A DNA stretch of 64,000 bases from Commensalibacter communis (GTDB taxonomy: Bacteria; Pseudomonadota; Alphaproteobacteria; Acetobacterales; Acetobacteraceae), in NCBI RefSeq assembly GCF_947179015.1, contig NZ_CAMXCM010000001.1, positions 233,387 through 297,386 on the forward strand. Reading direction: 5' to 3'. A program made the translations under genes and the position numbers. Positions 20,603 through 30,943 of the stretch are shown piece by piece (the first letter of the stretch is position 1; every line of letters begins with the position of its first letter). The notes under the pieces were generated by a model. It was not told the origin of the DNA and made no database searches. It saw nothing but the letters and a program-made list of their open reading frames with translations.

Positions 20603-21980
20603 TAATGGCTTGGCGGTGTAAGTCGCGATCTAATTGTTGAGACACTTGTTCAACACGTTGGCTTAACAGTTGGTTAGCAATTTCACTGGTTGAAATATCA
20701 GCGATATTCTTCTTTTCTTTTGTACAAACCATAATTAGGGCAATACCATCAATTGAAACCAATGGTTTGCTGACTTGACCAGGTTGTAATCCTTGCAAAA
20801 CATTACCCATTTCTGGATTCATACGCTCTAACTGCATTGGGCCAGGATCAGAAGGGCGCGTGTTTCCCGCCTTTTGGTTTGCTTCTTCAACTTGTTGGCA
20901 AGTATGTAAAGAATTTTTTAATTGGTTGACCTGATTTAATACACTGATTTGCTGTGGGGTAGGGTTTTTCGGGTTTAGTTTAGAAGAGAATGGGAGGAAC
21001 ACTTGCCGAATAGTCATTAACGTTCCCATTTCATTACCGATCGTACGTTTGCCACTGAGCATTGCAATAATATATCCACCAGCAACTTGAATAGGGTTAG
21101 AAATTGCCCCAATAGGCATTTTGCTGACTAGAGTAGCAACTTCTGGATCTAAATTATCCTTCTGCACCCAGCCTAGAGCTCCACCTTGTAAGGCACTTTG
21201 TGCTTGAGAGAATTGAGCAGCAACGATTGGAAAAGGGGCACCATTTCGAAGTTGTTGAATGATGGTTTTGGTAAATTGTAACTCTTGTTCTGGATGACGT
21301 GCGTTTTCAACAGGAATGAAGATTTCATTCAGAAGATATTCTGGTTGTCCAACCTCTTGTTTTAAGGCTTTTTGTCTTTGTTCAACTTCTTGGGCTGTAA
21401 TACGACTTTGGCTTCCAAGTTCTTGTTGAAGGACTCTACTCCATCCTAGTTGTAGCCGGATTTGGTCAATCAAGGTGCTCATAGATACACCATCGGACGA
21501 AAGTTGGTTTCTTAGAGCATTAGGGGGCATACCATTGCGTTTTTCAATGTCAGCAATGGCTTCGGCGATTTGCTCAGGGGGGACATTCACATTTCTTCTG
21601 AGCATCTCTTGAGTATGAAGGCGTTCAGTAATTAATTGCTTAATTAATTGTGGACGCATCCGCTGTAATACATCAGGAGTTAATCGGACACCTGCGGTTA
21701 ATTGGAATAATTGTTCTCTGTTATTTACATCTCTTTGGGTTAACAGATTACCATTAATGATCGCAATAATCTTGCTTTCTGCATTATCTTGAGCGTCAGG
21801 AATGGAGTAATCTTTACCCATAGCTTTCGAGTTAACACTGGGAGAGGAGGAGGGAATATGATTTTTGTGCTCTGTTGTTGCAAAAGAAGTCGCGGAGCTT
21901 AAAAAAGTACCAACCATAGCTAGGAAAATACTCAATTTATATGGAGAGAGTAAGAGTGAAAATCTATGTGTCTTGTACAT
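20532..21980 (-). CDS. surA: SurA-like periplasmic chaperone / parvulin-type PPIase
   Basis: Signal peptide, SurA-N-like region, parvulin motif QGGALGWV. It sits between lptD and rsmA as in other Proteobacteria. Confidence 0.75.
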   Translation of the reverse strand: MYKTHRFSLLLSPYKLSIFLAMVGTFLSSATSFATTEHKNHIPSSSPSVNSKAMGKDYSIPDAQDNAESKIIAIINGNLLTQRDVNNREQLFQLTAGVRLTPDVLQRMRPQLIKQLITERLHTQEMLRRNVNVPPEQIAEAIADIEKRNGMPPNALRNQLSSDGVSMSTLIDQIRLQLGWSRVLQQELGSQSRITAQEVEQRQKALKQEVGQPEYLLNEIFIPVENARHPEQELQFTKTIIQQLRNGAPFPIVAAQFSQAQSALQGGALGWVQKDNLDPEVATLVSKMPIGAISNPIQVAGGYIIAMLSGKRTIGNEMGTLMTIRQVFLPFSSKLNPKNPTPQQISVLNQVNQLKNSLHTCQQVEEANQKAGNTRPSDPGPMQLERMNPEMGNVLQGLQPGQVSKPLVSIDGIALIMVCTKEKKNIADISTSEIANQLLSQRVEQVSQQLDRDLHRQAIIEMHTNTNDSTTKPATQPKRKHH

Positions 21981-24355
21981 TATCCATTAATTCCAAAAGT
22001 GCCAAGTGTTTTAAAGGTTAGCATAAATAATACTGTATCACTATTTTGCTCACCATTAATCATTGTATATTGTTTAAGATAAATTACATCTAGACTGAAG
22101 CAATCATTTCGATAGCCCGCATTACCACCGATTGCGACATTTTGCTTTCTAGATAAACTGCGTCGTCCAAAAGCAGATGCATGCCAATGTTCCCAATCTG
22201 TGGAAGCACCTAACGTTAATTCACTTGTTTTTTGATCGTAAAGCTTAGATGGACCTGTGGATGTAAAGGGGTTTCCAAAATAGTAATAATAAGGGGTAAC
22301 GGGTTCATAAATATATCCCCCGTTGATACCGAAATGTTTGAAGCCTGCGTTAAATATTCCTTCACCATATGTAATATCCCCGCTATATGGGTCTACACGA
22401 GTTCGGGCTGTTGTCGTAAAATATTGCGTGGGTGCAAATCTTAGACGCGCGACCACATCTGACATATGACGATTGACTCCGGCATTTCTGGGTAAATTTT
22501 TGGTTACATGTTCTTGGTAACTTTGACCGACTAAGAAATCAACTTGCTTACCGTTCCATGCCCAATTTCCGTGAATACCGACATTGGCTCTGGCACCACC
22601 ATCTAAACGATCTGTTCCTTGAAAACGATTGAGTGCGAAAAGGGTTGTATCAGAAAATTCGTATGCAAAGCTATCTTCATTTGGCATTGCCCAATTTCGT
22701 CCGCCTTTGGAATGAGGGGCAGCAATAAGTTGTACAATAGGCTCGATAACCTGTGTGCCGGTTGTATTGCCTAGTTTAAATTGTCTAAGGAAAGGCCAAT
22801 TCATTTTGACCGCTAATGTTGGTAATGCTTGTCCTGTAAAATGGCTACCGTATTTATTTAAATAAAGTGGTTGTTGGTAGAGATGTGATGCATTGTAGAT
22901 GTTGGAATCTACATGTAAAGTCACCAACCATTTTTGTCCAATATTAGTATCAAATGGTCTATCCCAATTTAAAGAAGCCTGACCTCTTTGGTCATTTACA
23001 CCTGTTGGGCGATAAAGGATAAAGTTGGTTGTATCAAATGAGAAGCGACCACCTAATGCATCAGGTTGACCGAAATAGCTATATGTATAACGTGGTAGCA
23101 CAAAAGGCAGATCGGAATCATTAATGACGCCACGATTTAATCCTTGATAAGCTTGCATGGTAACCTTTGAGTAGGCACCTTCTCCAAACCCTTCTAAATA
23201 AAGATTTGAGCTTAAGGTATCTTGACCGTAACCGTTGATACGATAATCGCGCATATAGTCAGCAGATGTTGCAACGTTAATATTTGCACCATAACGCCAA
23301 TTTTTATTTAATGACCATTCTGTTTTTAAGAATAAATATCCTTGTGCGCCATGACCATTACTGTGGAGTGTATTTCCCCATGCATTTTGCCATGAATCTT
23401 TATCTACTGTATCATCTGCGACACCACCTTCAACGCGCAACATGCCTTGATTAAAGCGCGCTCTGTAGATAGCACTTAGTTGTGGTCCAGTTTTTGTTGC
23501 AAATAAGGGGCTCAATGTCAAATCTGACCACTTATTCATCGCCCAGTAATATGGAATAGTCGTGTAGGCACCAATATATTTACTATTAAAATTAATACTT
23601 GGGATTAAGAAACCACTTTGGCGTTTTACAGAAGGGTCAACGATAGAGAAGAAAGGCATATAGAAAACAGGCACACCAAAGAAATCGATGAATGTATCAG
23701 AGAAATCAATGCGCTGATTTTCCATATCTCGAATAGCTTGATAAGAACGTAATTGCCAGAAGGGTGCTTTTTTAGGATTTTTTTCACAAATAGGACAGGC
23801 TGTATAAACAGATCGGCTGAAATCATGCACTTTACCACCCGTGCGTCGAGCACCATTAGCAGCCAGTTTACCATTGTCGGCAAGCAATGCATAAACTTGA
23901 TCCATCACGCCTTCACGCATATTATCACCAAGTTGCACATGTTGGGTAAATAAAATTTCACCATCAGGTTCAACCATAGATACATTACCACTGGCGGTAG
24001 CGATGTTCGTGGTACGATTATAAGTCACTTTATCAGCGCGCAAGATATGGTCATTTTGCCATATATGAACATCTCCAGCCCATGTAACCTCTCCAGTCTT
24101 TGAATTGTAAGAAACGTTATCAGCTTGGAAAGTAATCGGTTCTTTTTCTGAAAAAGGAGTACCGCTTGATTTGCCAATGTTGGATTGAGCAATTTGTACT
24201 TGCTGCTGTGCAAATACACTCTGATCCACAAGTAAACCAATAGTTCCTATTGATCCGCTGAAAATGCTAATTAACAATAAGGTTTTATGCTTATTTTTAC
24301 GAGCAATTTTTCTGGTCAATTTTTTAAAGAGTGAAGGTGAAGAATAATTACGCAT
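21980..24355 (-). CDS. lptD: LPS-assembly outer-membrane protein LptD
   Basis: About 790 aa beta-barrel protein with an N-terminal OstA-like domain, following lptG. Start placed at the Met whose ATG overlaps the lptG stop (TGATG on the minus strand at 24353-24357). Confidence 0.85.
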   Translation of the reverse strand: MRNYSSPSLFKKLTRKIARKNKHKTLLLISIFSGSIGTIGLLVDQSVFAQQQVQIAQSNIGKSSGTPFSEKEPITFQADNVSYNSKTGEVTWAGDVHIWQNDHILRADKVTYNRTTNIATASGNVSMVEPDGEILFTQHVQLGDNMREGVMDQVYALLADNGKLAANGARRTGGKVHDFSRSVYTACPICEKNPKKAPFWQLRSYQAIRDMENQRIDFSDTFIDFFGVPVFYMPFFSIVDPSVKRQSGFLIPSINFNSKYIGAYTTIPYYWAMNKWSDLTLSPLFATKTGPQLSAIYRARFNQGMLRVEGGVADDTVDKDSWQNAWGNTLHSNGHGAQGYLFLKTEWSLNKNWRYGANINVATSADYMRDYRINGYGQDTLSSNLYLEGFGEGAYSKVTMQAYQGLNRGVINDSDLPFVLPRYTYSYFGQPDALGGRFSFDTTNFILYRPTGVNDQRGQASLNWDRPFDTNIGQKWLVTLHVDSNIYNASHLYQQPLYLNKYGSHFTGQALPTLAVKMNWPFLRQFKLGNTTGTQVIEPIVQLIAAPHSKGGRNWAMPNEDSFAYEFSDTTLFALNRFQGTDRLDGGARANVGIHGNWAWNGKQVDFLVGQSYQEHVTKNLPRNAGVNRHMSDVVARLRFAPTQYFTTTARTRVDPYSGDITYGEGIFNAGFKHFGINGGYIYEPVTPYYYYFGNPFTSTGPSKLYDQKTSELTLGASTDWEHWHASAFGRRSLSRKQNVAIGGNAGYRNDCFSLDVIYLKQYTMINGEQNSDTVLFMLTFKTLGTFGING

Positions 24356-25473
24356 CAGCCGTCTTCCAAATGAATAAGAAGAGATATAGCCAAACAAAGT
24401 CCAGCAGCCGTCGGGGCCCATGCAGCAATAAGGGCTGGCAAAGCACCAGACTCACCAAATTGTTCAGCGACTTTTGAAATGGTAAATAAGGCAAAACCAG
24501 CAGCTACTCCTGAGCCAATCATTTTCGCAACGCCACCTCTGCGTGTGGAACGGGTGGCAAATCCTGCAGCAACCAAAGCCATTGTACTAGCTAATAAAGG
24601 TTGTGCCAATAATGACTGAAAACGCAAGCGATGACTGATAGACGAAAAGCCAGATTCGTTTAACAAATGTATGAACCCTGGTAATGACCAAAAGGACAAC
24701 GTGTCAGGGGATGAAAAGCTTTCTTCTATGTTTGATAGTGACAGATTTGTTGACAATTTAATCATTCCTAAATTGACAGGTAATTTGTCTGGTTTAATAG
24801 ACCGTGCATCATTCAAGACCCAATAATGTTGATGTTCCAAATATCCCGAAGGCGATTCAATACGAACCAGTAAATGGTCATTATCGTCAAGTCTGAAAAT
24901 GCTGATTCCTTTCATATGAAGGATGTTATCTTGCACTTTCACTTCCTGAGCATGTAAAATTGCAACACCTTTATGATCTAGCCCTTGATCAGATTGACGA
25001 ACCCATAAAGAGCCGCTTGAAAGGCTTGTTAATTTTCCACCACTTGTATTTAAATAAGTTTGATCGAGGATTTCAGCTTTACGAAATAAGTTAGAGGAGA
25101 TAGGGGAAATAATCATAATTGAAAATAATCCCAGACCAAAAGCACATAGCACAGGTGCAGTTAAGAATTGCCAAGCAGAAATTCCTGCTGCGCGTGTTAC
25201 AATTAATTCGGAAGAGCGAGTTAACCTCCAAAAACAAATAATCCCACCTAAAAGAATGCCAAATGGTAAAATTTGCATACAGAAGTTGGGAATATGATAA
25301 AGCGCAATAGAAGTTGCTACACTTGTTGAAACGTGAGGTTTGGTTGCAACTCGACGCAATAAATCAATAAAGTCAAATAAAGATACCAGTGCTGTTAAAG
25401 CAAGGATCATCGATATTGAGGCAAAAGAAAATTGTTTTGCAATATAGATTGAAATCGTGCGTGCTGAAAACAT
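24355..25473 (-). CDS. lptG: LPS export ABC permease LptG
   Basis: YjgP/YjgQ-family topology (3 TM, periplasmic beta-jellyroll insert, 3 TM). Paired with lptF, 3-bp spacing. Confidence 0.8.
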   Translation of the reverse strand: MFSARTISIYIAKQFSFASISMILALTALVSLFDFIDLLRRVATKPHVSTSVATSIALYHIPNFCMQILPFGILLGGIICFWRLTRSSELIVTRAAGISAWQFLTAPVLCAFGLGLFSIMIISPISSNLFRKAEILDQTYLNTSGGKLTSLSSGSLWVRQSDQGLDHKGVAILHAQEVKVQDNILHMKGISIFRLDDNDHLLVRIESPSGYLEHQHYWVLNDARSIKPDKLPVNLGMIKLSTNLSLSNIEESFSSPDTLSFWSLPGFIHLLNESGFSSISHRLRFQSLLAQPLLASTMALVAAGFATRSTRRGGVAKMIGSGVAAGFALFTISKVAEQFGESGALPALIAAWAPTAAGLCLAISLLIHLEDG

Positions 25474-25476
25474 ATT

Positions 25477-26631
25477 TTACCTTCCTTTTTGTAAAGAAGA
25501 TAGGGGGATAGGTTTGTCAGTCTTGGATTTTAATTCGGGTATAAAAAGAATGAAAGACGCAACAATGCCTGGTGTAATTGCTACAACCCATATGAATGGA
25601 ATGAAGATCATATTTCTTGTTGCTATGTTTTGAATAATTAAAATCAATGACATTAACCCAACAATAGTAAAAATAGCACCGAGTGGGCGAAGAATATTAC
25701 CATATCGTGCAAAACTTCCTCTTAACACGCTGACCAATGCAACCATAGTGAATGAAAATATGGTTAATGGCGAAGTTAATCGTCGATGTGCTTCGACCGC
25801 TAGTTTGCCATAATCACGATCAAATACCTCTTGTGCATTGGGATGAAGTAGTTCGTACAAAGACATTTCCGTTGCATCTTTAAGACGTGCAGCTTGTTCT
25901 TTGTTTGAAGAGAGATCAATTGTATTTCGTTTAAAATTCAGCACATTTAAACGACCTGTTCTTTTATCGATAACTTCTCGGGAACCATTTAATAAAACGA
26001 CTTGAGGCTTATCATTGATAATAACGATATTCCCACTTTCAGCGAGGATAGTAGCTTTATTATCTGGTTGCCTAGCATCCTCTACTAAAATACCTTTCAA
26101 GACACCATTATGGTCTTTAGAGCGTATATAAACGGTTAAATTATTCGAAATATTCGTAAAAACACCTTCTTGTAACATAAAGGCAGCCATTTTATTTCGG
26201 ATTTTAAATTCGTTTTGCCTAAAAGAATGATAGGCAGCAGGCACAATCCATAGATTAAGTAAATAACACGCAACTGTTGCAATGAGCGCACAAATCATTC
26301 CAGGCTTAGCCAAAGCAAATGATGACATTCCTGCTGCTCTCATGACAACGATTTCTCTGTCACCAGCTAAACGATGGTATATAAATTGTACAACAACAAA
26401 AGTTGTAATAGGTAAAATAACCGCAACAAAAGAAGGAATTAACAATCCAGTTAGTTGAAGGAATACCCCCAGAGACAGACCTCTATCGACAACAAGAGAT
26501 ACAAATCGTAAAGATTGTGTGAGCCAGATAAGTGCTGCTAAGCCTCCTGTTGTTGCCACCAAAGCAATCAATAATTGATGTAAGATATAGCGGTCAAACA
26601 TGGGGAGACGCAATGAAGCCAATAAACGCAT
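25477..26631 (-). CDS. lptF: LPS export ABC permease LptF
   Basis: Same family and topology as lptG. First gene of the lptF-lptG-lptD-surA-rsmA string. Confidence 0.8.
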   Translation of the reverse strand: MRLLASLRLPMFDRYILHQLLIALVATTGGLAALIWLTQSLRFVSLVVDRGLSLGVFLQLTGLLIPSFVAVILPITTFVVVQFIYHRLAGDREIVVMRAAGMSSFALAKPGMICALIATVACYLLNLWIVPAAYHSFRQNEFKIRNKMAAFMLQEGVFTNISNNLTVYIRSKDHNGVLKGILVEDARQPDNKATILAESGNIVIINDKPQVVLLNGSREVIDKRTGRLNVLNFKRNTIDLSSNKEQAARLKDATEMSLYELLHPNAQEVFDRDYGKLAVEAHRRLTSPLTIFSFTMVALVSVLRGSFARYGNILRPLGAIFTIVGLMSLILIIQNIATRNMIFIPFIWVVAITPGIVASFILFIPELKSKTDKPIPLSSLQKGR

Positions 26632-26843
26632 TTGAAATTACCCCACCTTGTTCCCTAGATATTTCTTCTTTACTATTAATACGGTTCAAAAGACAATAAG
26701 AATTATAAATTAAGTAACGAAAATGAGAGTTTTTGCTTTTGATATTTACACCAATAGCAAAAATTTTTCATTTAAAGAAACGGATTTAATATAGTTTGTT
26801 ATAAATGTATAGCTCGACTTAAGCTATTATCATGATTGTTTTG

Positions 26844-28262
26844 CTAGTTTGGAAAGATTTTTCCTGGATTTAAAATATTTTTTGGATCCAAACTTTGTTT
26901 GATTTTTTCCATTAGCTCTAGCTCTACCCCGCCACGCCATGAGGGCATCATATAGTTCTTTAATTGCCCAATACCATGTTCAGCAGAAAATGAACCTTCC
27001 AAATCGTAAACAACTGCACAAACAGCATCCATCAAATCATGGCTTTTATTCATAAAATCTTTGCTGTCGCCATTGGCAGGTTGAACCAAATTAAAATGAA
27101 TATTCCCATCCCCTAAATGTCCAAATGGAGCAACCTGTATTCCTGGATAGATTGCTTCGCATGCTTGGGTTGCACGTTCAATAAATTCTGGAATAGAGGA
27201 AATGGGAACAGAAACATCGTTTTTAATGTTTGCCCCAGAAAGTTTTTGTGATTCAGATTGTTCTTCTCTGAAACGCCACAAATTAAGTCTTTGCGTTTCG
27301 CTTTCCGCAAGAACGGCATCGAGAATAATTTCTTCTTCAAAAGCTTTTTCTAGGACGGTTTCAAAGAGCTCTCTTAATCCATCCCCTTGTGCCGGAATGG
27401 CCAGTTCGACAACTATATATACGGGTGCTTTGGTTTCAAGTGGGAAATTTAACTCTGGAAAATGTTGGCAAACCAGATCCATGCCTTTTTGTGAAATATA
27501 TTCAAATGCTTGTAATGCAGCAGGGTTATAATTGTTAAACAGATGTAGTAAACGTAGTGCATGTTGCAAATCTGGCACTGCACACAATGCAACTTCTGTA
27601 GAACGCGGGAGGGGGTGTAAATGCAGAACAGCAGCTGTAATAATGCCCAGCGTTCCTTCTGATCCTATAAAGATTTGCTTTAACGCATACCCTGTATTGT
27701 CTTTTCTCAGGCGACGTAAATTATGTAATATTTGACCATCAGCCGTTACAACTTCTAGACCCAAAACAAACTCTCTAGCATTGCCATATCGTAATGTATT
27801 ATTACCACCAGCATTGGTTGCAATAACGCCTCCAATTTGTGCAGAGCCTTGGGATGCAATAACGATCGGTAAATATAGCCCTGCATTTTTCGCTGCATTT
27901 TGGGCTTCTTCTAAAATAACACCAGCTTCCACAGTCATCGTAGAATCAATGGTATCAATATTGCGAATTTTATTCATGCGGCTTAGGCTAAGGATGATTT
28001 GGTTACCTTGTTTTGGTGGCGTTGCACCACCGACAAGGCTTGTATTTCCACCTTGTGGAATAATCGTTACATCATATTGGACGCACAATTTAACGACATC
28101 TGAGACTTCTTGCGTATTCTGAGGTCTTAGTACAGCAATACTATTCCCCTGAAAGATTTGTCGCCAATCAGTGTTATAGATTTCGGTATCTTTGGGATTG
28201 GTGATAATTCCTTGTGAACCGACAATAGAGGTCAGGTCATGAATAAAGCTGTTAATATCCAT
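26844..28262 (-). CDS. FAD-linked oxidase (GlcD / D-2-hydroxyacid dehydrogenase family)
   Basis: 472 aa with an FAD-binding PCMH domain (IIPQGGNTSLVGGATP) and a C-terminal VAO-type domain ending HGIGQLK. Belongs to the GlcD/Dld-like family. Confidence 0.8.
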   Translation of the reverse strand: MDINSFIHDLTSIVGSQGIITNPKDTEIYNTDWRQIFQGNSIAVLRPQNTQEVSDVVKLCVQYDVTIIPQGGNTSLVGGATPPKQGNQIILSLSRMNKIRNIDTIDSTMTVEAGVILEEAQNAAKNAGLYLPIVIASQGSAQIGGVIATNAGGNNTLRYGNAREFVLGLEVVTADGQILHNLRRLRKDNTGYALKQIFIGSEGTLGIITAAVLHLHPLPRSTEVALCAVPDLQHALRLLHLFNNYNPAALQAFEYISQKGMDLVCQHFPELNFPLETKAPVYIVVELAIPAQGDGLRELFETVLEKAFEEEIILDAVLAESETQRLNLWRFREEQSESQKLSGANIKNDVSVPISSIPEFIERATQACEAIYPGIQVAPFGHLGDGNIHFNLVQPANGDSKDFMNKSHDLMDAVCAVVYDLEGSFSAEHGIGQLKNYMMPSWRGGVELELMEKIKQSLDPKNILNPGKIFPN

Positions 28263-28274
28263 AAGAGTAATCCA

Positions 28275-28811
28275 TTAATGAAGGTAAGTTGTATTATCGG
28301 GTTGATACGGTTGATACATAGCAGAATTAAAAACCGAAGTCCCAGCAATTCCAAAAAATAAACCACATAATATTGAAACAATAATCGTGGCTGTTTTAAA
28401 GGGGAATTTGTCAGATTGAGCATGAAGTTCAGTCTGTAGCTCAGCTCTAGATCGTTGTGTAAGCAATAATTCTGACTTTAGTGTTTCGTTTTGTCTTCTT
28501 AAATCACGAATAACGATATCTAATTGAGTGATATTGCGAGTTAGGTTTGAAATGTGGGAACGCGCTCTGGTCAACTCCAGAGAGTCTGACTGATTTTTAT
28601 ATTGAGCATTATTAGCGCTGTTTGATGAAGGGGGATTATTGGCAATATTTTTAAAAAGGTTTTTTAATGCTCCACCCGTAATCGTATCCTTTTTTGCCCT
28701 TTTTTTAATTGTTTCGAGCGCATTTGCAGATTGCCCTGGTTGGTCTTCTAAAACCAATGCCAGAATATCAGCAAGGACTTTTAACTCTTTGGGGTCTATT
28801 TTTTGGTTCAT
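28275..28811 (-). CDS. Hypothetical tail-anchored coiled-coil protein
   Basis: 178 aa. Polar or coiled-coil N-terminal two-thirds (LDIVIRDLRRQNETLKSELLLTQRSRAELQTEL) and a single C-terminal TM helix. No known motif. Confidence 0.4.
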   Translation of the reverse strand: MNQKIDPKELKVLADILALVLEDQPGQSANALETIKKRAKKDTITGGALKNLFKNIANNPPSSNSANNAQYKNQSDSLELTRARSHISNLTRNITQLDIVIRDLRRQNETLKSELLLTQRSRAELQTELHAQSDKFPFKTATIIVSILCGLFFGIAGTSVFNSAMYQPYQPDNTTYLH

Positions 28812-28817
28812 TTTTAA

Positions 28818-29792
28818 TTACGTTGTTCTTGGTGCGGCAGCACGGGTTAACCTATCACAAATTGCTAATCCTAATCCGACTTGTGGAATGGACATGACTG
28901 CAATTCCTTTTAATCCTAATGCTTGTCCTTGTGCATCTAGATCGCGTAGATATGCAAACAAATTTTGTGCGGCCTCTTCTAAATTAGCATTGATACTTAA
29001 GTTTTTAGACAAGCCAGTATGTTCTATTGGATGCCCAAAAGCAAGTAAAGCTTCATCGGGTGCCACATGGGTGCAATTCAACCGAACTGGTAAAGAAGGT
29101 GCATAATGAGAACTCAGCTGACCAGGGGAAATAATTTTGGTTTCGATGGGGTGGCTGATTTCTATGGTTCCACAAATAGAGGTTAATGCTTCCAAAGAAA
29201 TACCACCGGGGCGTAATAGAGTTGGGGTATCACGGCTTAGATCGAGAATAGTGCTTTCGACACCCACTTGACAGGGACCAGAATCAATGATGGCATCAAT
29301 TTTATGATTAAGCTCTTGAAATACATGTTGAGCCGTAGAAGGGCTGATTTTACCAGAGTTGTTCGCAGAGGGGGCAGCAATCGGTTTTTTGCTGAACTGA
29401 ATCAGTTGTCTTGCGACCTTCGTGTTGGGAATACGTACCGCCATTGTCGGTAAATAAGCAGTCGCAATAGGACTTATTTTGATAGGATTATCTGTTCTTT
29501 GGTTCAAAACCAACGTCAAAGCGCCTGGCCAAAATTTCAATGCCAGCTCATAAGCAAGTTCTGTTTTTTGAACAAATTGAAAGAGATGATCTAACTCGGC
29601 GAAATGAATAATTAACGGATTAAAGCTTGGGCGACCTTTAGCTCGATAAATTTTCTCTACAGCCTTTGTATTGGTTGCGTCAGCACCCAATCCATAAACA
29701 GTTTCTGTGCCAAATGCGACGACGCCCCCATGCTTAATGATGGTGGCTGCTTGTTGGATTTCAGATAGTGAATCAGAAAATAAAGAAGTCAT
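28818..29792 (-). CDS. tsaC: L-threonylcarbamoyladenylate synthase (Sua5/YciO/YrdC family, long form with Sua5 C-terminal domain)
   Basis: YrdC fold motifs (VAFGTETVYGLGADATN, PLIIH) plus a C-terminal extension of about 120 aa. 324 aa. Confidence 0.8.
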   Translation of the reverse strand: MTSLFSDSLSEIQQAATIIKHGGVVAFGTETVYGLGADATNTKAVEKIYRAKGRPSFNPLIIHFAELDHLFQFVQKTELAYELALKFWPGALTLVLNQRTDNPIKISPIATAYLPTMAVRIPNTKVARQLIQFSKKPIAAPSANNSGKISPSTAQHVFQELNHKIDAIIDSGPCQVGVESTILDLSRDTPTLLRPGGISLEALTSICGTIEISHPIETKIISPGQLSSHYAPSLPVRLNCTHVAPDEALLAFGHPIEHTGLSKNLSINANLEEAAQNLFAYLRDLDAQGQALGLKGIAVMSIPQVGLGLAICDRLTRAAAPRTT

Positions 29793-29802
29793 CAGGAATT
29801 AA

Positions 29803-30600
29803 TCACTCAAAATTACTTAAATAATCATCAATCAATGTACTAGAACAAAAGAAAGGCGGAATACGTGATCCTTCTTTGCCATATTGTAAAGGTTGGTTGT
29901 CAAAACTGCGCAAATATCCACCAGCAGCCTCAAGTATTGCTTGAGGAGCAGCCGTGTCCCATTCCATAATAGAGTTAAGGCGAAAATGCAAATCAGCTTT
30001 TCCTTCGGCAATGCGTATAATTTTGGCAGCAGATCCCATCGCTTTGATTGAGCAAGCTGGAAAATTTTCAAGCTTTTCGCTTAGTTGGGGATCATTTGAA
30101 TGGTTATGAGAGGTAATAATGCGAAAACCGTTTTTAGGAAGTGTGCTGACATGAATAGGAATTTTTTTGTTGTTCTCAATTCGCCAAGCTCCTTGACCAA
30201 CAATACCGCAAAAGATTTCATTATAAGCTGGCAAAGCAACAACGCCCATAACAGGTTTGTGGTTGCGGATCAGACCGATATTGATGGTAAAGTTCTTACT
30301 GCCTCGGATGAAACCCTTGGTACCGTCAAGGGGATCGATTAACCAAAATTCAGAACCAATTTTGGTATGGATGCCTTCGGATGTTTCTTCTTCGGCAATA
30401 ATGGGGATGGAGGGGACGGCTTTTCGTAAACCTTGCAAGATTAGGGTTTCTGAGGCTTTATCTGCTTGGGTTACGGGGCTGAGGTCAGATTTCGTAGAGA
30501 CAATTAACCCTTTTTCACGGATTTCATTAATAATGACTGTGGCTTGTGCTGCCAAGTCAATTGCCAATTTCATTAATTGTTGGTCAGAAAAAGGGTGCAT
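29803..30600 (-). CDS. Inositol-monophosphatase-family phosphatase (CysQ-like 3'(2'),5'-bisphosphate nucleotidase)
   Basis: IMPase signature WLIDPLDGT and a downstream WDTAA metal-binding motif. 265 aa. Confidence 0.8.
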   Translation of the reverse strand: MHPFSDQQLMKLAIDLAAQATVIINEIREKGLIVSTKSDLSPVTQADKASETLILQGLRKAVPSIPIIAEEETSEGIHTKIGSEFWLIDPLDGTKGFIRGSKNFTINIGLIRNHKPVMGVVALPAYNEIFCGIVGQGAWRIENNKKIPIHVSTLPKNGFRIITSHNHSNDPQLSEKLENFPACSIKAMGSAAKIIRIAEGKADLHFRLNSIMEWDTAAPQAILEAAGGYLRSFDNQPLQYGKEGSRIPPFFCSSTLIDDYLSNFE

Positions 30601-30943
30601 TGTAAAATTTGAACCTAAATTAAGAATTTTTGATTGAGCGTGGAGATAAGAAATTTGATCATATCTAAAGTGAACTCAGTTTTTATAATTCAATTATCAT
30701 TTAGAGAATATATCAAAAATATCACTGTGAGTAGATATTTATAGGATGCGATAAAGTTACATAACTTTCCTGCATAGATATTGTTGCTAAATATGAAACC
30801 CGTTTATATAAAGAAACTGCATTTGATTAGGTCATTATTATAAATGAATATTAGTAGGTGAAGCTGTTGTCTTCTCTCGTGCATGTGGGTTTCCCATCTA
30901 TGTATGCGAATATAAGTTTATAGGCGTATAAATGCTCCAAATC

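Noticed and set aside
28639-29106. 155-aa plus-strand ORF overlapping tsaC and the hypothetical coiled-coil gene
   Set aside because: It is antisense to two well-supported genes, Cys/Ser-rich and low-complexity with no motif. Likely spurious.
30900-30943. Candidate sigma-70 promoter (TATAAAT at 30926-30932) for the tRNA
   Set aside because: The -10-like hexamer lies within an AT-rich background where such matches are frequent. No convincing -35 partner at 17 bp spacing. Not reported as a feature.
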